A stretch of 64,000 nucleotides of DNA from an uncultured delta proteobacterium (GTDB taxonomy: Bacteria > Desulfobacterota > Desulfomonilia > UBA1062). Every line of letters begins with the position of its first letter. Positions within the stretch are counted from its first letter, which is position 1. The notes beneath the pieces were generated by a model, which had not been told where the DNA came from, ran no database searches, and worked only from the letters and a program-made list of their open reading frames with translations. The stretch lies in contig CAWCTR010000004.1 of assembly GCA_963798485.1 (NCBI GenBank), positions 192,001 to 256,000 of the forward strand, in the 5' to 3' direction. This document shows positions 40,268 to 50,123 of this stretch, in pieces. A program made the translations under genes and the position numbers.

Positions 40268-40915
40268 ATGAAACGTGAAGAAAAAAGTAATTATATAAAG
40301 GAAAAGATTCTTGATGTAACTTCCAAGCTGATAATTAAACAAGGATATAAGAAAACAACAACAAGACAGATCATCAAAGAAGCTGGAGTTAATTATGGCA
40401 CATTGTACCATTTCTTTCGCGACAAGGAAGAGATACTCCTCCATATTTCTATGAAAATTTATAGTGATACCATAGATGCAGCCGGTACTCTTGCGGAAAA
40501 AGAGAAAGACCCTGTCATGAGATATGTCCTAACGAGAGCATTAGAGATGAAGGCTGTTGAGAGATATGACAGAATAGCAGAGCTGTACCTTGAGGCCTAT
40601 AGTTCCTGGCGTATAACACAGGCAATGCTGCCTATGAATATTGAAATGTACATAACCTATTTTCACAAATATTGTGAAAACTTTACTGACCAGGATTATT
40701 ATAATAGGGCTCTGGCCGCAAGAGCAATTCGGTTTATTTTTATTTCAGATAGGGTTTATTCAGGAGCCGGAAAATTTGAATCATATTTCCCTTTTATTAT
40801 AGAAACAACACTTTCATTATTCAAAGTCCCTGATAATAAAATAAAAAAGACAATTAATAAAGCTCTGCGCATTATAAAAGAAGATTCAATAACAATACAG
40901 GATTTCAGATTGTAA
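40268..40915 (+). CDS. TetR/AcrR family regulator
   Basis: KILDV...GYKKTTTRQI...GTLYHFFRDKEE. Confidence 0.9.
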   Translation: MKREEKSNYIKEKILDVTSKLIIKQGYKKTTTRQIIKEAGVNYGTLYHFFRDKEEILLHISMKIYSDTIDAAGTLAEKEKDPVMRYVLTRALEMKAVERYDRIAELYLEAYSSWRITQAMLPMNIEMYITYFHKYCENFTDQDYYNRALAARAIRFIFISDRVYSGAGKFESYFPFIIETTLSLFKVPDNKIKKTINKALRIIKEDSITIQDFRL

Positions 40916-41220
40916 GGCCGGTAAAGCAGAATCTATTTGTGTGCATGACAGCTACAAGTGCTTGCGCTAACGGTTTAGATGGTTATCATATCGATAGTCC
41001 GTTGAATGGGAGTGTTTATCAAGGTGCGCAAAACTCTTTTCTTATTCCCACGAATACTAGTTCCGTTATTAAATCGATATTATACTTTCCCTTGGATGTT
41101 GGCTATTTTTGCCCATCCCCTCGAAAAGGTAAAAATTTATGTCCTAGACAGGCTAACCCGGCCCGTAATAATTATTGGCATGGGTGTAACCCATGATCGA
41201 TGAGACATCCTATCCATGAG

Positions 41221-41517
41221 CTATGCCGATGCATGTTCCTGAAATCGTGTTACCTTGATGCTGTCTGCACGTTGTTCGGCTTGCCAAAGATCATATTGCA
41301 TTTGCAGTTGTAGCCAGGTTTCTGGTCTGCCCCCAAAAGCCTTTGACAGGCGTATCGCCATTTCCGGCGAAACGCCGCTATGTCCGTTCACCAACTCGGA
41401 TAACGCTTTGCGTGTGACCCCTAGTCCCTTGGCTGCTGCTGTGATCGTCAGACCAAGTGGTTCAAGGCACTGGTCGTGGATGATTTCTCCTGGGTGCGGC
41501 GGGTTATGCATCTTCAT
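41221..41517 (-). CDS. higA: HigA antitoxin
   Basis: PPHPGEI...SPEMAIRL...[10 protein letters not shown]. Confidence 0.93.
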   Translation of the reverse strand: MKMHNPPHPGEIIHDQCLEPLGLTITAAAKGLGVTRKALSELVNGHSGVSPEMAIRLSKAFGGRPETWLQLQMQYDLWQAEQRADSIKVTRFQEHASA

Positions 41518-41537
41518 AATGTCCTCCTTGCTCGCGG

Positions 41538-41816
41538 TCAGTGGTAGTCGATCAAATCAACGTTTGTGACATTCTCGCCATTGAATTCGAATACGACCCG
41601 TAAATTACCGGATACGGATACTGACCATTGTCCTTTACGTTCGCCTTTCAAGGGATGGAGCCGGAACCCAGGTAATCTGATATCGTTGGGCTCTTGGCTT
41701 ACATTCAGAACGGCAAGTATTTGTATAAGTTTACGCACTTGTTGTGCAGATACTCCGCTTAAATCCCCCGTTGAGAATAACCGCTCTAAGCCCGTATGAC
41801 GAAAGCGAAGGATCAT
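41538..41816 (-). CDS. higB: HigB/RelE toxin
   Basis: [10 protein letters not shown]...LHPLKG...[13 protein letters not shown]...DYH. Confidence 0.9.
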   Translation of the reverse strand: MILRFRHTGLERLFSTGDLSGVSAQQVRKLIQILAVLNVSQEPNDIRLPGFRLHPLKGERKGQWSVSVSGNLRVVFEFNGENVTNVDLIDYH

Positions 41817-41965
41817 ATGTCACCTATAACGTAACAGGTTGCATCAGTCAAGAAATTTCATATGCATCTTCTGACTTGCCATAGACCAGCTAGGATATTT
41901 ATGGCTACTCGTTCAAGCCCTCTATCCTTATTGACAAGTTCTGCATTATTTGGTTCATAACAAAT

Positions 41966-42820
41966 ATGAAGAGGTATAGAAGATATATTTGTATCGCAAG
42001 TATAATTATTGTTTTCGTCCCATTAATATTTTTAGCCGAGCAATATCATGAGTTAAATAAATCAGGAATAGTTGTGCTTTTATATCATAGGATTATACCT
42101 CATAGTTGTAACAATAAATATTGTATTGGATTAGATAAATTTGAAGAACAGATGATATATTTAAAAAACCAGGGATATAAAACGATAACACCATATGGTG
42201 TTTTTCGGGATAAATTAAGAAACAATCCACCGAAAACCATTATTTTATCCTTTGATGATGGAACCATGGATCATTATAACTCTGTGTATCCAATATTGAA
42301 AAGATATGGTTATCAAGGAGTATTTTTTATAATAACAAAATTTATAAATTCTCCTGGAAGTCTTAGTACCAGTCAAATTCAAGAGATGTGCAGAGATAAT
42401 ATGGAAATAGCCTCGCATACATGCTCTCATAGAATATTGGATCAACTTGATCCTAGAGAAGTTTTTATCGAGTTGGAAAAATCAAAGAATGATCTGGAGA
42501 AGATTTGCGGAAGAGATGTTCTCTCTTTTGCTCCACCTGGCGGTTGGTATAATGATGACGTCGTTAAGACCGCTAGATTTACAGGATATAAAGCCTTTTT
42601 CAGTTGTGAGATTGGGACAAATGACCTTAGAGAAAACCCATTTGTATACAAACGGATTGAAGTTCTGAGCGATATGTCCATTAATGAGTTCAAAAGACTG
42701 CTGAACCCACAAGAAATACTATTATATAAAATTGAACAGACATCAAAGTTTGTAATACATTACATTCTTGGATCAAGAAATTATTCACGTCTTGCCCCAA
42801 TTATAAACTCTCAGAATTGA
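41966..42820 (+). CDS. Polysaccharide deacetylase (CE4), AT-rich
   Basis: LLYHRI, LSFDDG, SHTCSH, FAPPGG. Confidence 0.88.
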   Translation: MKRYRRYICIASIIIVFVPLIFLAEQYHELNKSGIVVLLYHRIIPHSCNNKYCIGLDKFEEQMIYLKNQGYKTITPYGVFRDKLRNNPPKTIILSFDDGTMDHYNSVYPILKRYGYQGVFFIITKFINSPGSLSTSQIQEMCRDNMEIASHTCSHRILDQLDPREVFIELEKSKNDLEKICGRDVLSFAPPGGWYNDDVVKTARFTGYKAFFSCEIGTNDLRENPFVYKRIEVLSDMSINEFKRLLNPQEILLYKIEQTSKFVIHYILGSRNYSRLAPIINSQN

Positions 42821-43298
42821 GAAGAGACATTCATCGGGAAGCTCAAGGACCTCTTCAGAAGAAGGTTCTCAAGGGGACCGTTGGCTTTTGCTGAAGAACT
42901 CAAAACGGCTTGATCCCAAACGCAAGGAAAAAGAGACCTTGGATGAAGCCTTGAAGCTGAACGAGCCTCTGGCTCTTGCCTACTACATGAAGGAGTATCT
43001 TCGGGAGATCTGGAAGCAACCGAACAAGATAGAGGCTGGCAAATGCTTGGATGACTGGATAAGCAAGGCCCTTTCATCAGGGATAAGGAGGCTTATTCAC
43101 TTTGCAAACACTCTTCTCGTACATCGCCGGGGGATATTAGCTTATTATGATTACCCCATATCGACTGGCCCTCTGGAGGGCACAAACAACATAATCAAAA
43201 CGCTTCAAAAACAGGCTTATGGCTACAGGGATAAAGAATTCCTTAAACTGAAAATCTATGCCCTGCATGAGTCCAGTTACGCTTTAGTGGGATGAGCC
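42815..43298 (+). pseudogene. ISL3 family transposase 3' fragment
   Basis: STGPLEGTNNIIKTLQKQAYGYRD; ends GGGATGAGCC; 5' part missing. Confidence 0.85.
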
Positions 43299-43385
43299 AG
43301 TAAAAGCAATCAACTACAAATAAATTGATAAATCGTAAGGTTGTCTTAGAGATTTTCAGTTATGGAAATACTTCAATCACGGCGG

Positions 43386-43472
43386 GTATATTCCCCGCAG
43401 CTTGCGGCGAATGGCCTATTCAAAATAGCAAGGTCCTAAATACACCGCAGCGTGCGGCGGGGATGCTTTATT
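43386..43472. repeat. Short paired palindromic element (MITE/REP-like)
   Basis: CCCCGCAGCTTGCGGCG ... CCGCAGCGTGCGGCGGGG about 50 bp apart. Confidence 0.45.
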
Positions 43473-43722
43473 TCCTAAAGAGTTTACACCGCTTACTGCA
43501 ACAATAATTAAAAATTGAGCCACCTGAAGTAAAGAAAGCCTTGCAAAGGAATACACTATATAGCAACCTGTTTATAGCTCTTTTGCTGTGAATCAGGGCT
43601 TAAGCTACTACACAAGCGTATGAAACTTAATAAGAGAATAGAATTTCCATACTAATAAATTAGGAGGTTTCGTGCAGGGATTTCAAGAACTTTATAACTG
43701 GTTCACTCCACTCAAAGATATA

Positions 43723-45288
43723 TTATACTCCGAGCAGATTGACGCTAATAAGAGCATAGCTGAAAGTTAAAAGGGTAACAATCAGGATTAAGAGTGATAC
43801 AAAAGATGCCTTAAACTGACTGGACATCATCATAGTGTTTTTCAAATCAATCATGGCGCCATAAACAAGGAATGCCACTATTGACCCTGTTGAAAACGAA
43901 GATGACATTGCCCTTGCTACAAACGCATCTGCACTTGAACAGATCGATAGTCCAAAACCGAATAGCATCATCACAGGGATAGACAAAACCTTTCCATGCC
44001 CCACGCTTGCTATTGCGCTTCTTGGAATGACGACCTGGACAAGGGAGGCAAGAAAAGCACCGATGATAAAATACATGCCCATGTTAAAAAACTCATTGCT
44101 GGTATGCAAGAGAACATCATTGAGCTTGGCAGGCAATGACTTAGCGTTGTGGTTATCATGGTGATCGCAACAATCATAGTGGTTATGGTTGTCGCAGGTA
44201 TCTTCTCTTAAGATGTTTTGAGTACCGAAGTGCAAGTTAACCATCAGACCGGCAAAGACCGCCACAATAAATGTCCCGACCATCCTGTAAACAGCCATTG
44301 AACCTGTAGGGAAAGCTATTATTGTAGAAATCAAAGCTACCGGGTTGATAACCGGAGCGGCCAGCATAAACGTAATGGCGATATGAAGGGGTACCCCCTT
44401 CCTTATGAGACGACTTGCTACCATGACAATTCCACATTCACATATAGGGAAGATCATCCCCATGAATGCTGCTGCGATAAGACCTGGAAGAGTCCTCTTT
44501 GGCAAGAACCTAGCTATTGTCTCTTCGGAAATAAACACCTCTATTACTGCAGAGACAAATGCCCCGATGAGGAGAAAGGGTAGTGATTCCAGTATGACAC
44601 TTAAGAAGAGGGTCTCAAGGCTGCTCACTAGCGCATAGTTAATCCTGCTGAATGCGGGAATCCCATATCCAGCAGCCCATAGGTAAATCATAACAAAAAA
44701 GGAAACGATGATTAACCCTATTGAGAATTTCTGCAGCCTCGATGCAGGAGCATGAAGGTAACGAAAATCCAGTTCCTGAACAAAAGTCCCCTTAACTCTC
44801 TTAGAAATAAACATATACGGAACCCAAATTAAACATGTTAACAAAGCGGTACTGATATTCCTCATAAAGGCAAGGTTAACTACTGGTTTTCCAGGCAGGA
44901 TCAATTTAATTGCAAAGGTGTCTGCAATTATTATGAGTAAAGACAAGACAGATATTGCCATGAACCACTTTGGAAATCTTTTTGATTTCTTGAAGAATAA
45001 AAGAATCATATACGAAGAAGCTACAAACAAACCGATGTTGGTAATGACTTCCGATAGAATATACGGACCCCATAGCGGGTGATATGCATTACTGGTTGGG
45101 TCGGTTAATATAGCCCACATTCCATGAGAAAAAATTGGGAGAAATGAATTTATTAAAATGGCACCTGTCTTGAATGGAGCAACAAGTACACCTATTCCAA
45201 CAAGGATTAGCCAGCCTCCTAATCCGCTGAATTCCTTGTTTTCTTGATTTAGTTGCATTCTTTGCTTCCTGTAGCAGTTACATTCCAT
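43723..45288 (-). CDS. DUF2569-like membrane domain fused to DUF318/ArsP-like permease
   Basis: N-terminal GLGGWLIL...FFKKSKRFP...YMFISKRVKGTF; C-terminal PICECG, APVINP, ICSSADAF; His/Cys-rich loop. Confidence 0.75.
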   Translation of the reverse strand: MECNCYRKQRMQLNQENKEFSGLGGWLILVGIGVLVAPFKTGAILINSFLPIFSHGMWAILTDPTSNAYHPLWGPYILSEVITNIGLFVASSYMILLFFKKSKRFPKWFMAISVLSLLIIIADTFAIKLILPGKPVVNLAFMRNISTALLTCLIWVPYMFISKRVKGTFVQELDFRYLHAPASRLQKFSIGLIIVSFFVMIYLWAAGYGIPAFSRINYALVSSLETLFLSVILESLPFLLIGAFVSAVIEVFISEETIARFLPKRTLPGLIAAAFMGMIFPICECGIVMVASRLIRKGVPLHIAITFMLAAPVINPVALISTIIAFPTGSMAVYRMVGTFIVAVFAGLMVNLHFGTQNILREDTCDNHNHYDCCDHHDNHNAKSLPAKLNDVLLHTSNEFFNMGMYFIIGAFLASLVQVVIPRSAIASVGHGKVLSIPVMMLFGFGLSICSSADAFVARAMSSSFSTGSIVAFLVYGAMIDLKNTMMMSSQFKASFVSLLILIVTLLTFSYALISVNLLGV

Positions 45289-45318
45289 TCAGTTTAATTT
45301 GTTTAAGACACCTAACCA

Positions 45319-46425
45319 TCATTCGTGAATAAGTTTTGAAACACGTTCGAGAGTTATCCCTTCAGCTTTGAGCTTGGGAACCTCCCTCTGTAATACAGCG
45401 ATAGTCTCAGGATGTGGGTGGCAGATGCCAATAGCGCTTAAATGCTTTACAGCTTTTCTTTTCAGCTCTTCAAGCTGGGCCAGGATGTAGGCTTCATTCT
45501 GCTCATCATCAAGAAACACATCACGTTTATTCCATGGAAGGCCAATCTCCTGGGCAACCTTAAATCCCACGGATTTACCCGAAGTAAGGCTATCGATATA
45601 GAAAAGCCCCTTGTTTTTAAGCTCTGTTTCAACAAGGATCATGATCTCCCGATCCTGGGTCACTTCGGAACCCATGTGATTGTTCACCCCAGATATGTAT
45701 GGTACTGCCCTGATATCACCCAGCAGGATGGTCCGGATCTGATCAGGAGCCATGCCCTTGAAGATCGCTCCCTCACCGGGATCATGACCGGCAGCACCTT
45801 GCATAGGCAGATGTAACATGACCTCATGGCCCTTTGTATGGAGATATTGTGCAACCTCTTGTGAGTGCGGTCGCAGAGGCATGACCGAGAAGGTAAGCTC
45901 ACCATCGATTGCGGCAAGCTGTTTCGCAGGTTTCATATCCGGTCCCATATCATCCACGATGATGGCCATACGAACTTCTGGAAGAGTAGGAATGATTGGC
46001 TTGGGAGGAATAACTGCGGCTACTTCCTTTTTCGGGTAAATGAAATCAATCACCCAGGTCTCATCACCAACTTTTATTATTGCATGACCGATATCCTTGA
46101 TCTCTAGGCTGCCGTATTTCTCGACTGGTTTGAATGCGGATGACAACTTATCACGAGTGAACTTTTCACGGGACTCCACCTTGATTGTGTGATTGCGAAT
46201 CGTTGTCTGGTCTTTATGAATTCCGAGATTGAACAGACAGCCCTTGATGATCAATTCTGTTTCAACCAACTTCTGGGCAACAGTAGGTATTTTTGGTGCT
46301 TCCTTTCTGTGCATACCCTTTTCCAGATATATTACAGTCCCTATCAGGACCAGTATGATTGCACATATAACAATCATGGTGGTCTGGTTGATCTTGATCT
46401 TTGATTTTCTCGTTCGCTTCTTCAT
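45319..46425 (-). CDS. Divergent polysaccharide deacetylase
   Basis: AIIVDDMG, LHLPM, NNHMGS, DSLT, RDVFLD, IGICHP. Confidence 0.9.
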   Translation of the reverse strand: MKKRTRKSKIKINQTTMIVICAIILVLIGTVIYLEKGMHRKEAPKIPTVAQKLVETELIIKGCLFNLGIHKDQTTIRNHTIKVESREKFTRDKLSSAFKPVEKYGSLEIKDIGHAIIKVGDETWVIDFIYPKKEVAAVIPPKPIIPTLPEVRMAIIVDDMGPDMKPAKQLAAIDGELTFSVMPLRPHSQEVAQYLHTKGHEVMLHLPMQGAAGHDPGEGAIFKGMAPDQIRTILLGDIRAVPYISGVNNHMGSEVTQDREIMILVETELKNKGLFYIDSLTSGKSVGFKVAQEIGLPWNKRDVFLDDEQNEAYILAQLEELKRKAVKHLSAIGICHPHPETIAVLQREVPKLKAEGITLERVSKLIHE

Positions 46426-47900
46426 CCCTTTGTCTTTCTTTTCCTTCTATGGCTTGATGAGTTACCGCTTGCCGCCTTGACTCCTGGGTTTGCCTCGTTA
46501 TCGGCATAGGCATTGACCCCCTTTATGATGCCCTCAATGATGCTGTTCTGATAGGATTCTTTCTGCAGGAGCTTACATTCGCTGGGGTTGGTAATGAACC
46601 CGGTCTCGATCGGGATGGCAGGCATCTGTGCGCCAACCAATACATAGAAAAGGGCCTGCTTGACACCATGATTCTGACAAGGATGGTTCAATTGTCCATG
46701 GGTTGTGATAATGGCATTCTGGACATATGTGGCAAACTTGGACGATTCGTTTATTTTGCTGTTGAGCTCCAGGTCCTGGAGGATGAACTGGAGATCGCTT
46801 ATAGATTTAGTAGTTGTCTCATTCTCCTTCGCCGCCACCTTAATGGCATAGTCATCTTTGGTCATGTTGAGGAAGTACGTCTCGACTCCATTTAAAGACT
46901 TTTTAGGATTTGAGTTTACATGGATGGAAATGAAGAGATCTGCTTTCTTCTTATTTGCAAAGGTCGTTCTCTCTTCAAGGGGAATAAACGTGTCATCATC
47001 TCTGGTAAGGTAGACCTCAAATCCTTTTTCTCTGAGTAATTTTGCGAGCCGGCTGGCTATTGACAGGGTGATATTCTTCTCTTCCTCTCCATGAGGTCCT
47101 ATTGCTCCTGGGTCCTTTCCGCCATGCCCTGGGTCAATCACAATCTTCGATATCTTGTGTGATATTTGTTTGTTAAGCGATGGTTTATCTTGTGATGCCT
47201 CTTGAGAAGAGGTTTCCTTAGTCAAGTTGTAGCCTGTTGCTCCCTGTAAAACAGCTGTATCATCATGGGATGTTGTAGCTTGGTTCCCCTTGTTTTCCTC
47301 CTGATCGTTTTCCTTGGGAGTATTCTGGACTTCTTTAACTCCACTCTTGTCCACGTTACTAGCAGTACAGGTTTTAAGATTGTCCTTGGCCTGTTGGGCA
47401 GCAGTACTCTTGGGATACCCTACTATAATCTCGTGATAAAGTCCTTTGGCTTTCTCTTTCTCCCCGAGCCTTACTTCATATACTTTGGCCTCCTTGTAGA
47501 GGGCGTCTGCAGAGACTGGGGAATCCGGGTATTTACTGGACACCTTCTTATACTCCTTGATGGCCTCTTCAAGGTCAGATTTTTTTGAGAAGTGACCATA
47601 GATCTGCTCGTAGAGTTTTCCTTCCATGTATAAGGCTTTCGGGGCAAAAGACGATTCAGGGTATCCTGTTGCGACATTATCAAACTTTTGCACAACCTTC
47701 ATCCAGTTGGCTTTATCCTTCCGCAGGCTTGCATCTCTTGATAGCTCAATGTATGCCGTATTAGCTTCCCTGTATGTTTCTTTTGCACCAGAGGTGGCGG
47801 CAAAAACAGTCTTCTGCATGACCGGGAGGAAAAGAAGTATGCCAATTGTAACTATTACGGGTATGATTCTGGCTCTAGTCATATTCATGGCGTCTACCAA
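46422..47900 (-). CDS. N-acetylmuramoyl-L-alanine amidase (Amidase_3) with N-terminal TPRs
   Basis: IDPGHGGKDPGA, EEKNI, FISIHVN, IETGFITN. Confidence 0.92.
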   Translation of the reverse strand: MVDAMNMTRARIIPVIVTIGILLFLPVMQKTVFAATSGAKETYREANTAYIELSRDASLRKDKANWMKVVQKFDNVATGYPESSFAPKALYMEGKLYEQIYGHFSKKSDLEEAIKEYKKVSSKYPDSPVSADALYKEAKVYEVRLGEKEKAKGLYHEIIVGYPKSTAAQQAKDNLKTCTASNVDKSGVKEVQNTPKENDQEENKGNQATTSHDDTAVLQGATGYNLTKETSSQEASQDKPSLNKQISHKISKIVIDPGHGGKDPGAIGPHGEEEKNITLSIASRLAKLLREKGFEVYLTRDDDTFIPLEERTTFANKKKADLFISIHVNSNPKKSLNGVETYFLNMTKDDYAIKVAAKENETTTKSISDLQFILQDLELNSKINESSKFATYVQNAIITTHGQLNHPCQNHGVKQALFYVLVGAQMPAIPIETGFITNPSECKLLQKESYQNSIIEGIIKGVNAYADNEANPGVKAASGNSSSHRRKRKTKG

Positions 47901-47946
47901 TGTCTCTTGTAATATACTCTTATTGTCGATCCGAGAGGAGGGAGCC

Positions 47947-48813
47947 CTACTTGAACCGGCTTCCTGTGGGGGCTGCCTTCACTTTTGAATTAGCTGCATT
48001 GGAAGTGTCCCCCTTGGTAGAGGCCTTGAGGATTGCACTTGAGATCATTCGCCAATTTTCTTTCTCGTGGTCTCTCCAGATCATGTAGCGGGGAAGTTCA
48101 TAGCGGTCTTTATTCAGGCTCAAAGGAGAGAGAACAGGTCCCCAGTTGATTGTAAAGGCGTAAGAATATCCGGCCTCTTTGAGTGTCTTTTTCGTAATCT
48201 CGGCTCGCACTCCGTTCGGGTATACAAAGACCGTGATCTTCTTCTTCAGGTTATTCTCCAGGGTCTCTTTAGAGTCGTAGATCTCCTTGAGAAAGCCTTT
48301 CTTATCTTTATCATAGAATTTTTGGTTCATGAGCTGATGGTAGTACCCATGTGCAGCAATATCGCACCCATCTTTCGAGAGTTCCTTCAATTGATTCCAC
48401 GTTAGGGCATAGGTCTTTTTCCCGATAATGGATGGATAAATAGCCAGAATGGGCTTGATATGCCGGGGCTTGAAAATCTCCTGATAGGCAGGGTAGACAC
48501 TCTGATTCCCATCGTCAATAACGAGAAGCAGGTTCTGTGTCCCTGTGACCTTGTTATGGAGCAGGTCTGAGTATGACACGAAATGGAAACCCTTGCTCTG
48601 GAAATAATCCATTTGAGAGCGGAGCTCCTGCATGGAAATATCGCCTGCAAATTTCTTGTTCCCAATGAAAGAATGATAACAGAGTACGAACACCTTCTGA
48701 TCTGCTGCGTATGCTGGATTCCATACTCCAGTAAGGCAAAGCAAGATCACAAGCACCAGGGCCGAAATATTGGTTACTAGTTTAAGTCTGTTCATAGCTC
48801 GATCATTAAGCAC
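47947..48813 (-). CDS. Polysaccharide deacetylase (CE4), secreted
   Basis: LCYHSF, VIDDG, AHGYYH, VYPNG. Confidence 0.85.
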   Translation of the reverse strand: MLNDRAMNRLKLVTNISALVLVILLCLTGVWNPAYAADQKVFVLCYHSFIGNKKFAGDISMQELRSQMDYFQSKGFHFVSYSDLLHNKVTGTQNLLLVIDDGNQSVYPAYQEIFKPRHIKPILAIYPSIIGKKTYALTWNQLKELSKDGCDIAAHGYYHQLMNQKFYDKDKKGFLKEIYDSKETLENNLKKKITVFVYPNGVRAEITKKTLKEAGYSYAFTINWGPVLSPLSLNKDRYELPRYMIWRDHEKENWRMISSAILKASTKGDTSNAANSKVKAAPTGSRFK

Positions 48814-48858
48814 GAAGCTGGAAACGATGCAAGAGATAGGAACGCTTGAAATCCTGAC

Positions 48859-49860
48859 ATGTCCAGTATAAGAATTGCCATTATGAAGACATCTATGACA
48901 TGGTACACCGCAATCACAACGATAATCCTTACACTCAATCTTGTTTCATGTGCATATATCAATAAGAATCAGGTACAAAGGCCATCGGTCCCGGCTCAAA
49001 CTACAGTGAATTATCCGCCTGTATCTGAACAGCTGAATGACACTGTATCCCGAGCATTAGTGGAGGATCTCCTCGTTCAAAAAGGGATCGACCAGGGAAA
49101 AATCCACAGTATGATCTATGACCCCAGAATTGTCATCAATCCCCAGTTCATTCTCAATAGCCTGTTTTACACGACACCCGGGGTATCGACATCCAAACCC
49201 GATTACATGTATTATGACCCAAGATTCATCCCAAAAGGACGGGACTTCATCAATGAGAATCGTGTATTGTTCGATCGTATCAAGGAGCATTATAATATCT
49301 CTCCGGAGATCATTACTTCTATCCTCATAATAGAAACCAAGCTTGGCACCTACACCGGCGAGTATCATGCATTTCAGGTGTACACCAACCTCGCCCTTGC
49401 CAATGATCCGTATGTGCTCGCTCTTCTGAAGGTATCTCAGGGTGTAAAATATCCCGGCTTATACGATGCGGAGCTAATCAAGAAGGCTCAGGTAAGAGGA
49501 AAATGGGCACTGGAAGAGCTGTATAATCTCATCCTTCTTGCTGACAAGCTCCACTACGATCCCATTGCTCTCAAGAGCTCCAATGCCGGTGCATTGGGGC
49601 CTGCCCAATTTATTCCCTCCACATTCATGAAATTCGGGGTAGCCAGTGATCCCGATGGGAGGATCGACCCCTTCTATATGCCCGATGCCATAGCGAGCAT
49701 TGCCAATTATCTGAAAGAATCTGGATGGACAGAGACGGGACCCGAAGACAAAAGGCGCACTGCCATATGGCTATACAATCACAGTGAGATTTATGTGAAC
49801 ACCATTTTAAAGATATACCGGGAACTTGAGATCGCCGGAACCACCGCCCCCGGGAGTTAA
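48859..49860 (+). CDS. MltB-like lytic murein transglycosylase (lipoprotein)
   Basis: LVSC lipobox, IETKLG, SSNAGALGPAQFIPS, SIANYL, YNHSEIY. Confidence 0.88.
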   Translation: MSSIRIAIMKTSMTWYTAITTIILTLNLVSCAYINKNQVQRPSVPAQTTVNYPPVSEQLNDTVSRALVEDLLVQKGIDQGKIHSMIYDPRIVINPQFILNSLFYTTPGVSTSKPDYMYYDPRFIPKGRDFINENRVLFDRIKEHYNISPEIITSILIIETKLGTYTGEYHAFQVYTNLALANDPYVLALLKVSQGVKYPGLYDAELIKKAQVRGKWALEELYNLILLADKLHYDPIALKSSNAGALGPAQFIPSTFMKFGVASDPDGRIDPFYMPDAIASIANYLKESGWTETGPEDKRRTAIWLYNHSEIYVNTILKIYRELEIAGTTAPGS

Positions 49861-50123
49861 GGCCTTCTTAAATGTAGGCAACGATTCGGGAGAAACTATC
49901 TGATTTTGTGTCTCGACCATCGGCGACCCTTATCGTATACGCCCAGAAGCTAAACTGCTATAGGACAAATGTTCCCCAGTTTTTAGTGGATATATTTAAA
50001 AAATCGGTTTATCTGGAAAGGCCTTTTGCATAATTACGACTCCATACATTTTGAGCATCGACTAGAAACATTCATAGATGTATATAACGGAGTTAGATAG
50101 GGAATAATAAATTAGGTGGTCTC

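Noticed and set aside
31248-40920. Recurring ATTGTAAG(G/C) at cargo junctions (about 31248, 34452, 35860, 40909)
   Set aside because: Too short in AT-rich DNA to separate from chance without statistics
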